A stretch of 24,807 nt of DNA from Methanosarcinales archaeon. Its GTDB lineage: Archaea > Halobacteriota > Syntropharchaeia > Alkanophagales > Methanospirareceae. The stretch covers positions 1-24,807 of the forward strand of contig JAENXH010000002.1 of the NCBI GenBank assembly GCA_016649585.1, in the 5' to 3' direction. The translations under genes were made by a program, and so were the position numbers. Positions 12,375-21,446 of this stretch are shown piece by piece (position 1 is the first letter of the stretch; each line of letters begins with the position of its first letter). The notes under the pieces were generated by a model. That model was given only the letters and a program-made list of their open reading frames with translations, searched no databases and had not been told where the DNA came from.

Positions 12375-12390
12375 TCTTTTTTAGCTTTTT
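12375..12390 (+). terminator. Oligo-T terminator after tRNA-Val
   Basis: TCTTTTTTAGCTTTTT directly after the tRNA, typical of archaeal intrinsic termination. Confidence 0.55.
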
Positions 12391-12586
12391 ATCACTTCCA
12401 GCTCCAGCACTCTATTCTCTCCATGCTATTAACAACTAACTTCATGTATCTCAGGTTTTATTTTTTATCAGTTAGAACGTATATGGTATATAACAGTAAT
12501 GGGAGAATCTTGTTGCTGGAATAGGCATGGAGATGGTAAAGTTAAAAGGTAAAGGTGTAGATGAAACTTTAGAGGAGAAAAATAAA

Positions 12587-13774
12587 ATGCATGATGTAGA
12601 TACAACAAAATACGTTATTCATGCTAACATCACAGCAGAGGGTTTTGTTGAGAAATCCGATGTGGTGGGCGCAATATTTGGTCAAACAGAAGGATTATTA
12701 GGTGAAGAATTGGACCTGAGAGATTTGCAGAAGAGTAGCAGAATAGGCAGAATCGAGGTGAACGTAGAGTCGAAAGGCGGGAAGTCAAGTGGAGAGATAC
12801 TCATACCTTCTGGTTTAGACAAGGTAGAAACCGCAATACTGGCTGCTTCTTTGGAGACTATAGATAGGGTAGGTCCTTGTATCGCGAATGTGGGGGTTGA
12901 AAAGATAGAGGACATAAGAGCGACCAAGAGGAAGAGGATTACAGAGCGAGCAAAACAGCTCATGCATGAAGCTGTGGAGAAGGGCATAGATAGTGACACG
13001 ATGGTGAACGAAGTGAAGCAGGCAGTAAGAATGGAGGAGATAACGTATTACAAGGGACTGCCAGCGGGTCCAAATGTAGAGAGTTCTGATGCTATATTGG
13101 TGGTGGAAGGGAGAGCGGATGTGTTAAATCTGCTTAAATATGGGATTAAAAACACAATAGCTGTGGAAGGCACAAATATCTCCCCGTTGATAAACAAACT
13201 GAGCAAGAGGAAGACCTTTACAGCCTTCGTAGATGGTGATCGAGGCGGTGACCTTATCTTGAAGGAGCTTTTACAGGTCGCTGATGTAGATTATATTGCA
13301 GCGACGCCTGAGGGAAGAAGTGTGGAGGACATGACATACAAGGAAATAACGAAAGCACTGCATAATAAAACACCAGTAGAACAGCAGGAATACGGTAAGG
13401 GAAAAAAAGAGGCAGAGAAAGAGCCGCAGAGAGTAATACAAAGAAAGAAAACCAAGGAGGCTACGGCTAAAGAGGAAAAGGAAACAACTCCAAACCCGTT
13501 TAAAACACATCTCGAAGAACTCGAAGGTACGTTTAAGGCACGGCTGTTAGATAAAGAGCAAAAAATACTAAAGGAGACTACTGTAAGAGATCTCGCAAAA
13601 GAATTGAAGGAAACGACCGAAAATGCAAATTGCGTGGTGTTCGACGGTGTAATCACACAGAGAATTGTGGATATCGCAAAGGAGAAGGCGTTGGAATACG
13701 TGGTGGGGATAAAAATAGGCGATGTCGTCAAAATGCCGACGTCTCTGAAGGTACTAACCTCTGAGTCCGCCTGA
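12587..13774 (+). CDS. dnaG: Archaeal DnaG (TOPRIM primase-like, exosome-associated); likely start ATG at 12587, track start 12527
   Basis: [55 protein letters not shown]...[16 protein letters not shown]-like site at 12572-12577. Confidence 0.95.
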   Translation: MHDVDTTKYVIHANITAEGFVEKSDVVGAIFGQTEGLLGEELDLRDLQKSSRIGRIEVNVESKGGKSSGEILIPSGLDKVETAILAASLETIDRVGPCIANVGVEKIEDIRATKRKRITERAKQLMHEAVEKGIDSDTMVNEVKQAVRMEEITYYKGLPAGPNVESSDAILVVEGRADVLNLLKYGIKNTIAVEGTNISPLINKLSKRKTFTAFVDGDRGGDLILKELLQVADVDYIAATPEGRSVEDMTYKEITKALHNKTPVEQQEYGKGKKEAEKEPQRVIQRKKTKEATAKEEKETTPNPFKTHLEELEGTFKARLLDKEQKILKETTVRDLAKELKETTENANCVVFDGVITQRIVDIAKEKALEYVVGIKIGDVVKMPTSLKVLTSESA

Positions 13775-13827
13775 CAACAGCAGCGGGGAATAAGTATTGC
13801 CGTATTATATTTGCACTTTGCGTGCAG

Positions 13828-14586
13828 TTATCTAATGTAGCCCAGCTCTTCCTCCCTCATCCGTGGAATCTGTGCTTGCTCCATCTCTTTCAGTCGCTCG
13901 ATGACCTTTTCCATCTCTTCCGCACGGTCTTTCATAGCCTGCATGTTCAGCTCAAGATTTAATGCACGGCACAATACGGTGAGAACTGCCTGTGCGCTCT
14001 TGGGATCTACTAAATAACCGGAGGTCATACCCAGTAAACATACCGCTGGAATATCCCGCAGTTGCCCAAGACCTAACAAAAGCCCTGAAGCTCCTACTAT
14101 ACTCCCACCCGGCTCTTCCTCTCTGAATTCCACGCCATATTTCTTCATCTCCTCCACAAGTTCCGCTTTATTCGCAGCTCCAAGCACCGTTTGTTTTTCC
14201 ACAAGCTGACCTATACCATATCCTCCCAGTGTGTATATACGAGAAACCTCATACTGTTGTGCAATGTCGAGAAACGTCTCTGTGATAAGATAATGCCCCT
14301 CATTCGTAACGCTCTGCTGGTCACCGCTAAGGATTAATAAGTCTTGCTCCTTTGACTTGCAGGCATAGAGCTCGTTTTTACTTAAACTAACCGTTCCATC
14401 GTTTTTTACCAATACCTGTGGTGGAAAATGCCATGAGTAGAGCTCAAGTATCTTCTCAGCATTCAGCTCGTGTATTATATGCTCGGCTACTAATTTCCCA
14501 ACGTTTCCTACGCCCGGAAGCCCCTCTATCATTACGGGCTTGTTCAATTTTGCCTTTTTAAACTCGTGTATTTCTATCTCATCCAT
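13828..14586 (-). CDS. Proteasome assembly chaperone (PAC2) family protein
   Basis: IEGLPGVGNVGKLVAEH, HFPPQV, LILSGDQQ, TLGGYGIG, SIVGASGLLLG, SGYLVDPKSA; usual position after nop10. Confidence 0.92.
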   Translation of the reverse strand: MDEIEIHEFKKAKLNKPVMIEGLPGVGNVGKLVAEHIIHELNAEKILELYSWHFPPQVLVKNDGTVSLSKNELYACKSKEQDLLILSGDQQSVTNEGHYLITETFLDIAQQYEVSRIYTLGGYGIGQLVEKQTVLGAANKAELVEEMKKYGVEFREEEPGGSIVGASGLLLGLGQLRDIPAVCLLGMTSGYLVDPKSAQAVLTVLCRALNLELNMQAMKDRAEEMEKVIERLKEMEQAQIPRMREEELGYIR

Positions 14587-14734
14587 ATTTCATCATCCTT
14601 CTATATTTCCCATAAGGATCTTTAGGGGAGAACCTCGGAGGTTTTGGATTATTCGTCGCACTACCACACTTCTCGCATATCTCCTTCAGAGTATACTCTC
14701 CGCATACCACACATTTCCTTATCTTTGACTTCAT
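14579..14734 (-). CDS. nop10: H/ACA RNP protein Nop10 (51 aa; not in the ORF track)
   Basis: My translation: MKSKIRKCVVCGEYTLKEICEKCGSATNNPKPPRFSPKDPYGKYRRMMKYG*. Zn ribbon plus PPRFSPxDxYGxYRR; its stop overlaps the PAC2 start. Confidence 0.95.
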   Translation of the reverse strand: MKSKIRKCVVCGEYTLKEICEKCGSATNNPKPPRFSPKDPYGKYRRMMKYG

Positions 14735-14815
14735 TAAAAACTTTCCCAAATACGTACCTTGATAGTTATGAAAGAATAAGTTATCACTCAGTGCTGCTTT
14801 TCTCGTTTAGAAGTG

Positions 14816-15634
14816 CTAAGAAAGATTCCGATAGAACTTTCCAGATCCTTCGTTTCTTTTGATTACCTCGATAGCAGTATTCGCCGCGTCGCTCAATACG
14901 CTTTCGGCCTCTTTGTAATTGGGAGCTTTGACACGTATCTTATACCTCGGTGTACCGATGTAGAAGCATTCCACTGAGGTGCCGTTGGTCGTTCCTGAGG
15001 GTTTTGTTTTTATCACCTCTTCTGCCTTCATCAATGCTTCTTTTATTATCTCCACACCGTCAGGCAAAGGACATTTAAGCTCCACATACCCGTTTATCTG
15101 AACAGAAGGGGGTTTTACGTTAGCACAGGCTATCTCGTGTATTGCATCCGCGTGTTCTTCATTTATTCCGAGTTCAAGCAACGCTCCTTTACCAACCTGC
15201 ACAACCTCCTCGAATGCATCATAAAGGCTGCCGTAAGCATCCAACAAGGTTATCTCAATCGCTTCGAGTTCCTCTTTGCTCATCTTAATTTTAGAGGTTG
15301 GCGCAACGAGGGCGAGATTGAGCCACTTCTTCGCTTTCTTCTCGTTCTTCCACTCTTTTATCCTCTGCCGTTTCTGGCCGTCTTTCACCGCCTTTAAAGA
15401 TAAATCTATATGCCCTCTCCGGTCATCCACGTAGAGCACTTTACATACGATTTTCTGCCCCTCTCGTACGTGATCCCGCAGATGTTTCACCCAGCCAGAG
15501 GATACTTGAGCGATGTGGATAAGCCCTTCTTTGTCATCATATTCTTCAAGCGTAACAAAAACACCAAAATTCTCAAGCTCTCTTACCGTGCAAATGACTA
15601 ATTCCCCCCGCTCCGGCCAATCGTCCCGTACCAT
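14816..15634 (-). CDS. eif2a: Translation initiation factor 2 subunit alpha
   Basis: WPERGELVICTV, S1 domain GLIHIAQVSSGWVKHLRD, HIDLSLK, IGTPRYKIRVKAPNYKEAE. Confidence 0.96.
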   Translation of the reverse strand: MVRDDWPERGELVICTVRELENFGVFVTLEEYDDKEGLIHIAQVSSGWVKHLRDHVREGQKIVCKVLYVDDRRGHIDLSLKAVKDGQKRQRIKEWKNEKKAKKWLNLALVAPTSKIKMSKEELEAIEITLLDAYGSLYDAFEEVVQVGKGALLELGINEEHADAIHEIACANVKPPSVQINGYVELKCPLPDGVEIIKEALMKAEEVIKTKPSGTTNGTSVECFYIGTPRYKIRVKAPNYKEAESVLSDAANTAIEVIKRNEGSGKFYRNLS

Positions 15635-15637
15635 CTT

Positions 15638-15817
15638 CTATGTAAGAACCTCTATTATCTCGCCTTTTATCTCTGCTTTCCCCCCTCTCGGTTCAACCAA
15701 GGTTCTCCCGCAGACATTGCATTTCACACTCGTCGATGCATGATCAAATACGACCTGTTCATTTTCACAGTCGTTGCATTTGACCCTTAAAAATTTGCTA
15801 CCCGTTTTTTTCTCCAT
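15638..15817 (-). CDS. rps27e: 30S ribosomal protein S27e (59 aa; not in the ORF track)
   Basis: My translation: [59 protein letters not shown]. Confidence 0.96.
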   Translation of the reverse strand: MEKKTGSKFLRVKCNDCENEQVVFDHASTSVKCNVCGRTLVEPRGGKAEIKGEIIEVLT

Positions 15818-15820
15818 TTT

Positions 15821-16099
15821 TTACTCCACTAACTCAAGCTTAGATACCCTGAAGCCTTTTCTTTGATGAGATTTCTTGCATTCCGTGCACTTATAACGGA
15901 GAAAAACCTTTTTTGTTGGCTTATCTCCCCCTGGAACTTTTGAGAATTTTCCCGCATTACCTATGCCGGACCTGCGTTTCTTCTGTCTTACTATCCAGTT
16001 CAAGGAAGAAGCTCTTCCCTTTTTTACCTTATCCACGTCGTGTACGGTATGTTTCCCACAGATAGGGCAGTAAATCCTCATGTGTTTTGGCATCTTCAT
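15821..16099 (-). CDS. rpl44e: 50S ribosomal protein L44e
   Basis: [18 protein letters not shown]...[15 protein letters not shown]...CTECKKSH. Confidence 0.96.
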   Translation of the reverse strand: MKMPKHMRIYCPICGKHTVHDVDKVKKGRASSLNWIVRQKKRRSGIGNAGKFSKVPGGDKPTKKVFLRYKCTECKKSHQRKGFRVSKLELVE

Positions 16100-16743
16100 T
16101 TTTCTATCTCGTGTTCACCTCCTCCATCCTCTTTTTTTCCTTCGAATCGCTCTGCAACCCCTCGCTTGCACAGTATCTCAGCGTTGGTCTTTGGCAACAT
16201 AATAACATCTTCTCTTTTCACTTTATAAATTCTTCCGTCGGTGCCCATGAAGGTGGGGAGGTCTTCTAATATCCGAACGATATGCAGTTCTTCAGTTCCG
16301 TCTTTGTCAGGGAGAGGTTCAGCAGACGTTTTAAAGACGTGCCATGAAGGTTCCTTCTCTTCTTTTACTTCTTCACTTTCGCTTTCTTTCTCGTCCAACA
16401 TCAATGCAAATAGCCTTTCCTTGCCTTCGTCTACATGATGTTTTACACCCTCAAATAGCCGCTCTTCTTCCTCTAACATCCCCTTAGGTGGTGTTTTCAT
16501 GCCCGAACTGGCGAGTTTTACTATCTTTCCTACACGTCTACTGATTATATCCTCCACTTTCATCCTCGCACTCCTTATTTCATCTTCCACATGCTCGCTC
16601 CACCGTTCATCCGCTTCTTTCTTCTCCGCATCCAAACTCTCGAGGTATTCCCTCACAGCCTCACAGAAGTCCACCGGTAATTCTTGCAGTGATCCCGTGT
16701 CCTTCTCCTTGCGTAAGATCGCACCGAGCGCCTCTATATCCAT
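16096..16743 (-). CDS. GINS15-like DNA replication protein
   Basis: [18 protein letters not shown]-terminus, [10 protein letters not shown] helix and C-terminal [18 protein letters not shown]...EDVIMLP...LCKRGVA domain; conserved position between priS and rpl44e. Confidence 0.8.
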   Translation of the reverse strand: MDIEALGAILRKEKDTGSLQELPVDFCEAVREYLESLDAEKKEADERWSEHVEDEIRSARMKVEDIISRRVGKIVKLASSGMKTPPKGMLEEEERLFEGVKHHVDEGKERLFALMLDEKESESEEVKEEKEPSWHVFKTSAEPLPDKDGTEELHIVRILEDLPTFMGTDGRIYKVKREDVIMLPKTNAEILCKRGVAERFEGKKEDGGGEHEIEK

Positions 16744-16800
16744 CGCACTTTTTGTTTTAAGAAAGACGCTTTACTAAGAAAAAACATTTTCGTTTCTGTT

Positions 16801-18021
16801 TTACTTAATTTCCGCAACACCTCTACAGAAAAAATAAAGAGCAACGTGCTCTGGCACCGAAGCAATTTCGCCTTCTTCCACCTTATAGCTATCACCTTTC
16901 AGCTTTATTGCAGAGTCTCGAGCAACGCTTATTTCAACTGGCGAATCTCCGAATACCACAGCATCCGCTAACGGGTCGAACTCCTTAAAGGTTTCAATTG
17001 TTAAAGGTTGTGTCCTCAAACTCGATTTTCCGTGTAGTGAGCCGGGCAGCCGTATAAGCCTTTTTACATCTGCAGTAACCGGTTCATCTATTCTATCTGC
17101 GGATTTCACGCGGACGATTTTTGTTACCGTTTTTGCTATCCCTGTCCATATCGGCTTGGCGAACAGGGGGATTTGGCCTCGCTCTATTCTTCTCATCATA
17201 GTCTCATCCTTTGCAATTCGTAGTATCTCTTGCGCCTTCTTCCTGTTCATCTCTCCAACATCTCTTACCATTTTTATAGCCTGCTCTTCTTCCATCACCG
17301 CTATCTCATGAAGGAACTCTATCAATTCGTTAAAAACTCGTTTCTCCCACCCCCCAGCGGATATCAATTTACCCCATCCCTCTGGTATAAACCTCAAATC
17401 CTCTTTCCCCAACACTTTAGCACCACGCTTCTTTTCCTTCAAATCCGCAACCAAAAAACTATCTATATCAAGCCCGGTTGCCATGACATAATCAACAATC
17501 TCCCTTCTTTCTCGGCTTCCAAGTCCGCGCACCCCGCCCGTATTTATGTGGATATGATAGCCTCGTGACCCCGAAAATGCCAGTTTTATATCCTCCCCAG
17601 CAAATCCAAAATCGTTGATTAAGAAGTCAATCAGTTTCAGCGTTTCTTTTTTCACGAGCCCCAACAAATCCTCATAAGAATATCGCGGAAGCTCTGCTTC
17701 ACTTACGATATGGTCTGCATCGAGGTCAAAAATCAAGTCAGCACCGAGCCAGCCCTTTTTTGCCATATCTGCTGAGGGATATTTGTAAAGAGCGGTGGAG
17801 TAATATGCATGGGCAGGGGCATTTTCTCTAAGGTACTTCACCAAGTTATCCTCCGTGGTAAACGATGTATGCCTTCGCATCACGAGTTTTGTAGGAAAAT
17901 ATTTGTCAAAGAGAACAAAACCCCACTCTCGCATCCAGAAATCTTTCGGAGGTTCTATCATAGCCCGCTTATAATACTCCCTAAATTTACTAGTCACAAA
18001 TAGTTTTGTATCCTCGTTCAT
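16801..18021 (-). CDS. priS: DNA primase small (catalytic) subunit
   Basis: REWGF, YYSTALY, GADLIFDLDADH, FSGSRGYHIH, IDEPVTADVKRLIRLPGSLHGKS. Confidence 0.96.
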   Translation of the reverse strand: MNEDTKLFVTSKFREYYKRAMIEPPKDFWMREWGFVLFDKYFPTKLVMRRHTSFTTEDNLVKYLRENAPAHAYYSTALYKYPSADMAKKGWLGADLIFDLDADHIVSEAELPRYSYEDLLGLVKKETLKLIDFLINDFGFAGEDIKLAFSGSRGYHIHINTGGVRGLGSRERREIVDYVMATGLDIDSFLVADLKEKKRGAKVLGKEDLRFIPEGWGKLISAGGWEKRVFNELIEFLHEIAVMEEEQAIKMVRDVGEMNRKKAQEILRIAKDETMMRRIERGQIPLFAKPIWTGIAKTVTKIVRVKSADRIDEPVTADVKRLIRLPGSLHGKSSLRTQPLTIETFKEFDPLADAVVFGDSPVEISVARDSAIKLKGDSYKVEEGEIASVPEHVALYFFCRGVAEIK

Positions 18022-18187
18022 CTTTTACGTGCGAAGCATTTTTATTGATATTGAAAAACGACTCTCAATTCACCTTAGACCTTGAATTTATCTCATTCTT
18101 CATATAGTTATACATAAGATCCCTCCGATTTTCATAGTACAATAATCTAAATAAAGATAAAAAGAGAAAAAAGGAAAAATAGGGAAG

Positions 18188-19075
18188 ATGATAACCATAG
18201 CGATTCCGAAGGGCAGTTTAGAAGCACAAACCCTGCTATTGTTCAAGCAGGCAGATCTGGAGGTAAAAGTAACGAGTCGGGAATACAACCCGAAGATAGA
18301 GGACCCGAGGATAGAGAAGGTGAAGATACTGCGACCGCAGGAGATACCAGAATACGTCGAGAAAGGGTATTTTGACATGGGCATAACCGGTAAAGATTGG
18401 ATAGAGGAACGGGGGGCGGACGTCGTGGAAATAGCGGATATGAGATACAGCAAAGCTGCAGAGAAAGAAAGCACTGTGAACATCGTCCTGGCAGTCCAGG
18501 CGGATAGAACGGATATAAAAGAAGCCAAAGACATGAAACCGCACAGTAAAATAAGCACCGAATATCCCCACCTTACCAAATCGTTCTTTGAGAAGCTTGG
18601 CATTCCCGTGCAGATATTTTTCTCTTACGGCGCTACCGAAGCGAAGGATATGATGGACGGCATAGTCGAGCTTACGGAGACCGGAGAGACCCTACAGAAG
18701 AACAACTGGCGGATAATCGCTACCATGCTGGAATCGTCCACGAAGTTGATTGCGAATAAGGATTCGTGGCGTGATGCGGAGAAGAGGAAGGAGATGGAAG
18801 AGATAAGAACCTTGCTTTCCGGCGTGCTCGAAGCGCGCGGCAAGGTCCTGCTCAGCATGAACGTCGCAGAGGATATGTTGAAGGATGTGATGTCCGTGCT
18901 CCCGGCAATGAAAAGACCCACCATCTCCCAACTGTATGATTCTGATAACCCCAATAGGTATTACGCGGTGGAAACGGTGGTGAGCAAGCGCGAGGTGAAT
19001 ATTTTAATACCGATGTTGAAGTGCATGGGTGCAGAGGACATTATCGAGATAGATATCACCAAGATCGTGAAGTGA
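18188..19075 (+). CDS. hisG: ATP phosphoribosyltransferase, long form
   Basis: IAIPKGSL, LRPQEIPEYV, DMGITGKDW, YGATEA, IVELTETGETL and C-terminal regulatory domain (PAMKRPTISQL...GAEDIIE). Confidence 0.96.
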   Translation: MITIAIPKGSLEAQTLLLFKQADLEVKVTSREYNPKIEDPRIEKVKILRPQEIPEYVEKGYFDMGITGKDWIEERGADVVEIADMRYSKAAEKESTVNIVLAVQADRTDIKEAKDMKPHSKISTEYPHLTKSFFEKLGIPVQIFFSYGATEAKDMMDGIVELTETGETLQKNNWRIIATMLESSTKLIANKDSWRDAEKRKEMEEIRTLLSGVLEARGKVLLSMNVAEDMLKDVMSVLPAMKRPTISQLYDSDNPNRYYAVETVVSKREVNILIPMLKCMGAEDIIEIDITKIVK

Positions 19076-19265
19076 TACCTACATACGCCAATTCACGAGC
19101 GCTCAACATTATTACAAAATTCAGGTTGTAAAAAATGAGCAAGAAGGTTCAGCTAAAGGGAGGTATATGCGAAGTAAGTTTCGGATATAACTCCAAAATG
19201 GAAGGATATACGAACTCGAGTTTGGATATATCGAAGAGATATGAAATCGCGTTTAAAAAAGAGGC

Positions 19266-20106
19266 ACTTCTCGGTGGCTATCCCGAATCGCTTCAAGCCG
19301 CCGATTGCGTGCTCTACCAGGACTCTGAATCCGCTGATGGCCTTATTCCTGGCCTTCTCGGCATCCGACAATTCGCCTCCTTTTGGCTTCTTCTTCGGCA
19401 TCATAACCGTTGCTGCCGGATAATCCCTCTCAACACCTGTGAAGCCCAGATCCAGCCACAACACTATGCTTTTGGGGAATAGCCCCGGCGGGAACAGTTC
19501 TTTAAACATGCCGAAATCGTGCTTTTTACCCTCGGCGGGCGGGCTTAGATACCCAATCCGCCTGTTCTTATCGACGATGAGTATGTTCTTGCGCGTGTGC
19601 GCCTTCTTCTTGCCTGAATAGTTCGCCTTCTGCTTCTCGCGGTCTTTAGGCCTCTGGATCGGTCGCTCAGTACCGTCGATGAATAAGTCCTTAACGCCAG
19701 GGAATAGCTCTAACAACTCTTCTACAGTGCTTATTTTCCGTTCCGGCAATACCATCTTCTTCTCAAGCACGTTCTCCGCCATCAACATCAATTTCTGGAC
19801 ATTACGGCATGCATTGGACCTATCCAGATCAAATAACAACCCTAAGACGTCAAAAGTGGGATAGCACTTATAATAAAAGAGAATGAAAAATAATTTCTCC
19901 GTATGAGTCCTCAAATTTCCTATTCTGCCACCACATGGTCTCCTTCACAGAACACCCTGCGAAACGCCTCGCTCGTATCGAATCAGCCTCTCCTTTTGAG
20001 GCTCACGGTAGAAACTGGCCACCAGAAGCTTAAATTCAGGTGCGGATAGCCCCGTAGTGGCTCTTATCAACCTATCACTACTTAAAGCCCTGTTAACGCT
20101 TATCAT
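19266..20106 (-). pseudogene. IS5-like DDE transposase (HTH plus DDE_Tnp_4 type) with an internal stop and a truncated 3' end
   Basis: ATG at 20106 is in frame with the track ORF at 19914 but is interrupted by TGA at codon 54 (19945-19947). DDE residues in IDGTERP, WLDLGF and VEHAIG. Family-like sequence stops after KRFGIATEK (about 19267). Confidence 0.85.
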
Positions 20107-20177
20107 AGTTGATACCACATAGCATATCCAATTTAAAAGCCTCTTAGTGAAGATCGCCCTTAATTAGCAACAAGTCT
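19266..20177 (-). mobile_element. Degenerate IS5-like element; putative left end near 20177, right end missing
   Basis: The transposase pseudogene is preceded by AGACTTGTTGC on the minus strand (20167-20177), a candidate terminal repeat. I found no inverted copy at the other end, so the boundary is inferred. Confidence 0.55.
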
Positions 20178-20221
20178 ATTATATATCTGTCTTAATTTTA
20201 GCGGCTTGCTAAAGCGAACAT

Positions 20222-21271
20222 TTACGCTTGAATGAACGCTATTCTCTCCTCGCCCTGTATTTTAGCAAATTCCCCCACCACCCTTTTATTGTCCGTAAAG
20301 ACATCCGATTTGCCACTACGGATTTTTCCGATAATTTCATCATAGATTGTACGGTGCTGCTCGAGGTAAACCTCGTACAGCAACTCAATAATCGGCTGGT
20401 AATTCCCTTCATTCCCTTCTTCAACAGCGTCAAGATACTTCTCTCTGTGCCCCAAGTCCAAAAAGAGCTTCGGATACCCGTTTTGTTGCAACACGAAATT
20501 GAGCAACGCTCTTCCGAGTCGTCCATTTCCGTCAGTGAAAGGATGAATGGTAACGAATTTTGTATGGAGCATGATAGCGAGTTCGAGTGGATGCCGCTTG
20601 CGTCTATTCGTTCTATACCACGAAATCAACTCGTGCATCTGATTTGGTATTTCAAACGGCGGTGGAGGCACATACTCCGCCGTTTCTATGTACACCTGGA
20701 TGCGTCTATACTCACTTGAAGACACGGAAAGATTACGCATGATTAGGGTATGCATCTTCTTGATCAGCCGCTCAGACACATCCCCTTTATATGACGCGAT
20801 AAACTTCTCAAGCTCTTCAAAGTTCACGAGCTCATAAACTTCTCGAAGAGATTTGCCTTCAGGTGTTATGCTATGCTCAAACAGTTCTTCCGCCTGTCGT
20901 GTGGTTATCGTATTACCTTCGATAGCCGTGGTTCCCTGTGCGTAGTGCACAAAAACAGCTTTCTCATACCGTTTAAATTCATCCGGATATACTTCCTTAA
21001 AAATCCGGTAGCCGTACCTCAATCGCTCTAACGTTAACGCTTGGTCTTGGTCAAGGTAGGCGCAGCGAAGTTTTTTAAGTCTATAATCAGTGTATGTTTT
21101 TAACTTGATTCTTTCAAATTCGTTTAATTTATCTACAAATCTATCCGTGGTGATTTTACTCAATCTACCGACATAGAACGTAATAGTAGTCGTTTTACAG
21201 TTAACCGTTACCTTATCTCTCAAATAAAGATATTTATACCCTTTAATAATCTTAATCTCTAATTTTAGCAT
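20222..21271 (-). CDS. Fic-domain protein with an intramolecular inhibitory motif (class II type); likely start ATG at 21271, track start 21292
   Basis: Catalytic motif HPFTDGNGRLGR (HPFxDGNGRxxR) and inhibitory (S/T)xxxE(G/N) motif TTAIEGN N-terminal to it, preceded by about 110 extra residues. Confidence 0.92.
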   Translation of the reverse strand: MLKLEIKIIKGYKYLYLRDKVTVNCKTTTITFYVGRLSKITTDRFVDKLNEFERIKLKTYTDYRLKKLRCAYLDQDQALTLERLRYGYRIFKEVYPDEFKRYEKAVFVHYAQGTTAIEGNTITTRQAEELFEHSITPEGKSLREVYELVNFEELEKFIASYKGDVSERLIKKMHTLIMRNLSVSSSEYRRIQVYIETAEYVPPPPFEIPNQMHELISWYRTNRRKRHPLELAIMLHTKFVTIHPFTDGNGRLGRALLNFVLQQNGYPKLFLDLGHREKYLDAVEEGNEGNYQPIIELLYEVYLEQHRTIYDEIIGKIRSGKSDVFTDNKRVVGEFAKIQGEERIAFIQA

Positions 21272-21446
21272 GGTATAATAAACGCCGTACATATTTAAAA
21301 AGATTTTATAAATAGGTTAACTTCTGTAATTGCCGTTACTTTTCTTAACGTCGCTAAAATAACTCTTTCGAGCAAATTCTAACAAAGCCAAAACGCAGGC
21401 AAAAGTTCATAAATGATACATTCTACTTTTTTATTGGTGATGATTT

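Noticed and set aside
13828-18021. priS-GINS-rpl44e-rps27e-eIF2alpha-nop10-PAC2 as a novel replication-translation system
   Set aside because: This is a well-known conserved euryarchaeal gene cluster.
19135-19482. 115-aa + strand ORF as a real gene
   Set aside because: After about 44 codons it is antisense transposase sequence; only the first part could be a gene fragment, covered under findings.
19945-19947. In-frame TGA in the transposase as possible selenocysteine or readthrough
   Set aside because: It is not at a catalytic position, the gene is also 3'-truncated, and I saw no SECIS-like signal; a nonsense mutation is simpler.
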